NCBI GenBank assembly: GCA_964016885.1
Contig: OZ024741.1
Coordinates: forward strand, 60,698,001 to 60,762,000
Length of the DNA stretch: 64,000 nt
Reading direction: 5' to 3'
Source: Eledone cirrhosa
Taxonomy: Eukaryota
Every line of letters begins with the position of its first letter. The stretch's first letter is position 1. The notes under the pieces are model-generated. The model saw nothing but the letters and a program-made list of their open reading frames with translations, was not told the DNA's origin and did not search any database. Shown here piece after piece: positions 63,621 to 64,000 of this stretch. The position numbers and the translations under genes were made by a program.

Positions 63621-64000
<380 letters not shown>

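Overview
AT-rich eukaryotic (animal) genomic DNA with no recognisable host gene. The SINE families, the RTE LINE and the very long (TA)n arrays point to a cephalopod, probably Octopus (inference). The window is almost entirely mobile-element derived. (1) At least seven copies or fragments of Penelope-like elements (PLEs; RT with YRDD plus GIY-YIG endonuclease), mostly Naiad-like, including one near-complete copy with tandem pseudo-LTRs (36492-40797) and several 5'-truncated copies with an inverted pLTR. (2) Many ORF-less foldback remnants. (3) One intact RTE-clade LINE ORF (1181 aa; APE, RT, three C2H2 fingers) and a bipartite non-autonomous RTE derivative. (4) Two mariner relics. (5) Many tRNA-derived SINEs. 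(6) A 21-bp minisatellite. (7) Roughly 9 kb of degenerate (TA)n arrays, which produce most of the spurious ORFs in the track. The main signal missed by the ORF track is about 23 type I hammerhead ribozyme (HHR) motifs found by eye: 17 with a canonical CUGANGA core, 4 with a covarying CCGANGA (U4C) core and 2 with a UUGAAAA (U3-A8) core. Most have a palindromic stem III. Three sit in ~400-bp TGT...ACA LTR-like units rather than obvious PLE pLTRs. All structures were folded manually and none is experimentally or computationally verified.
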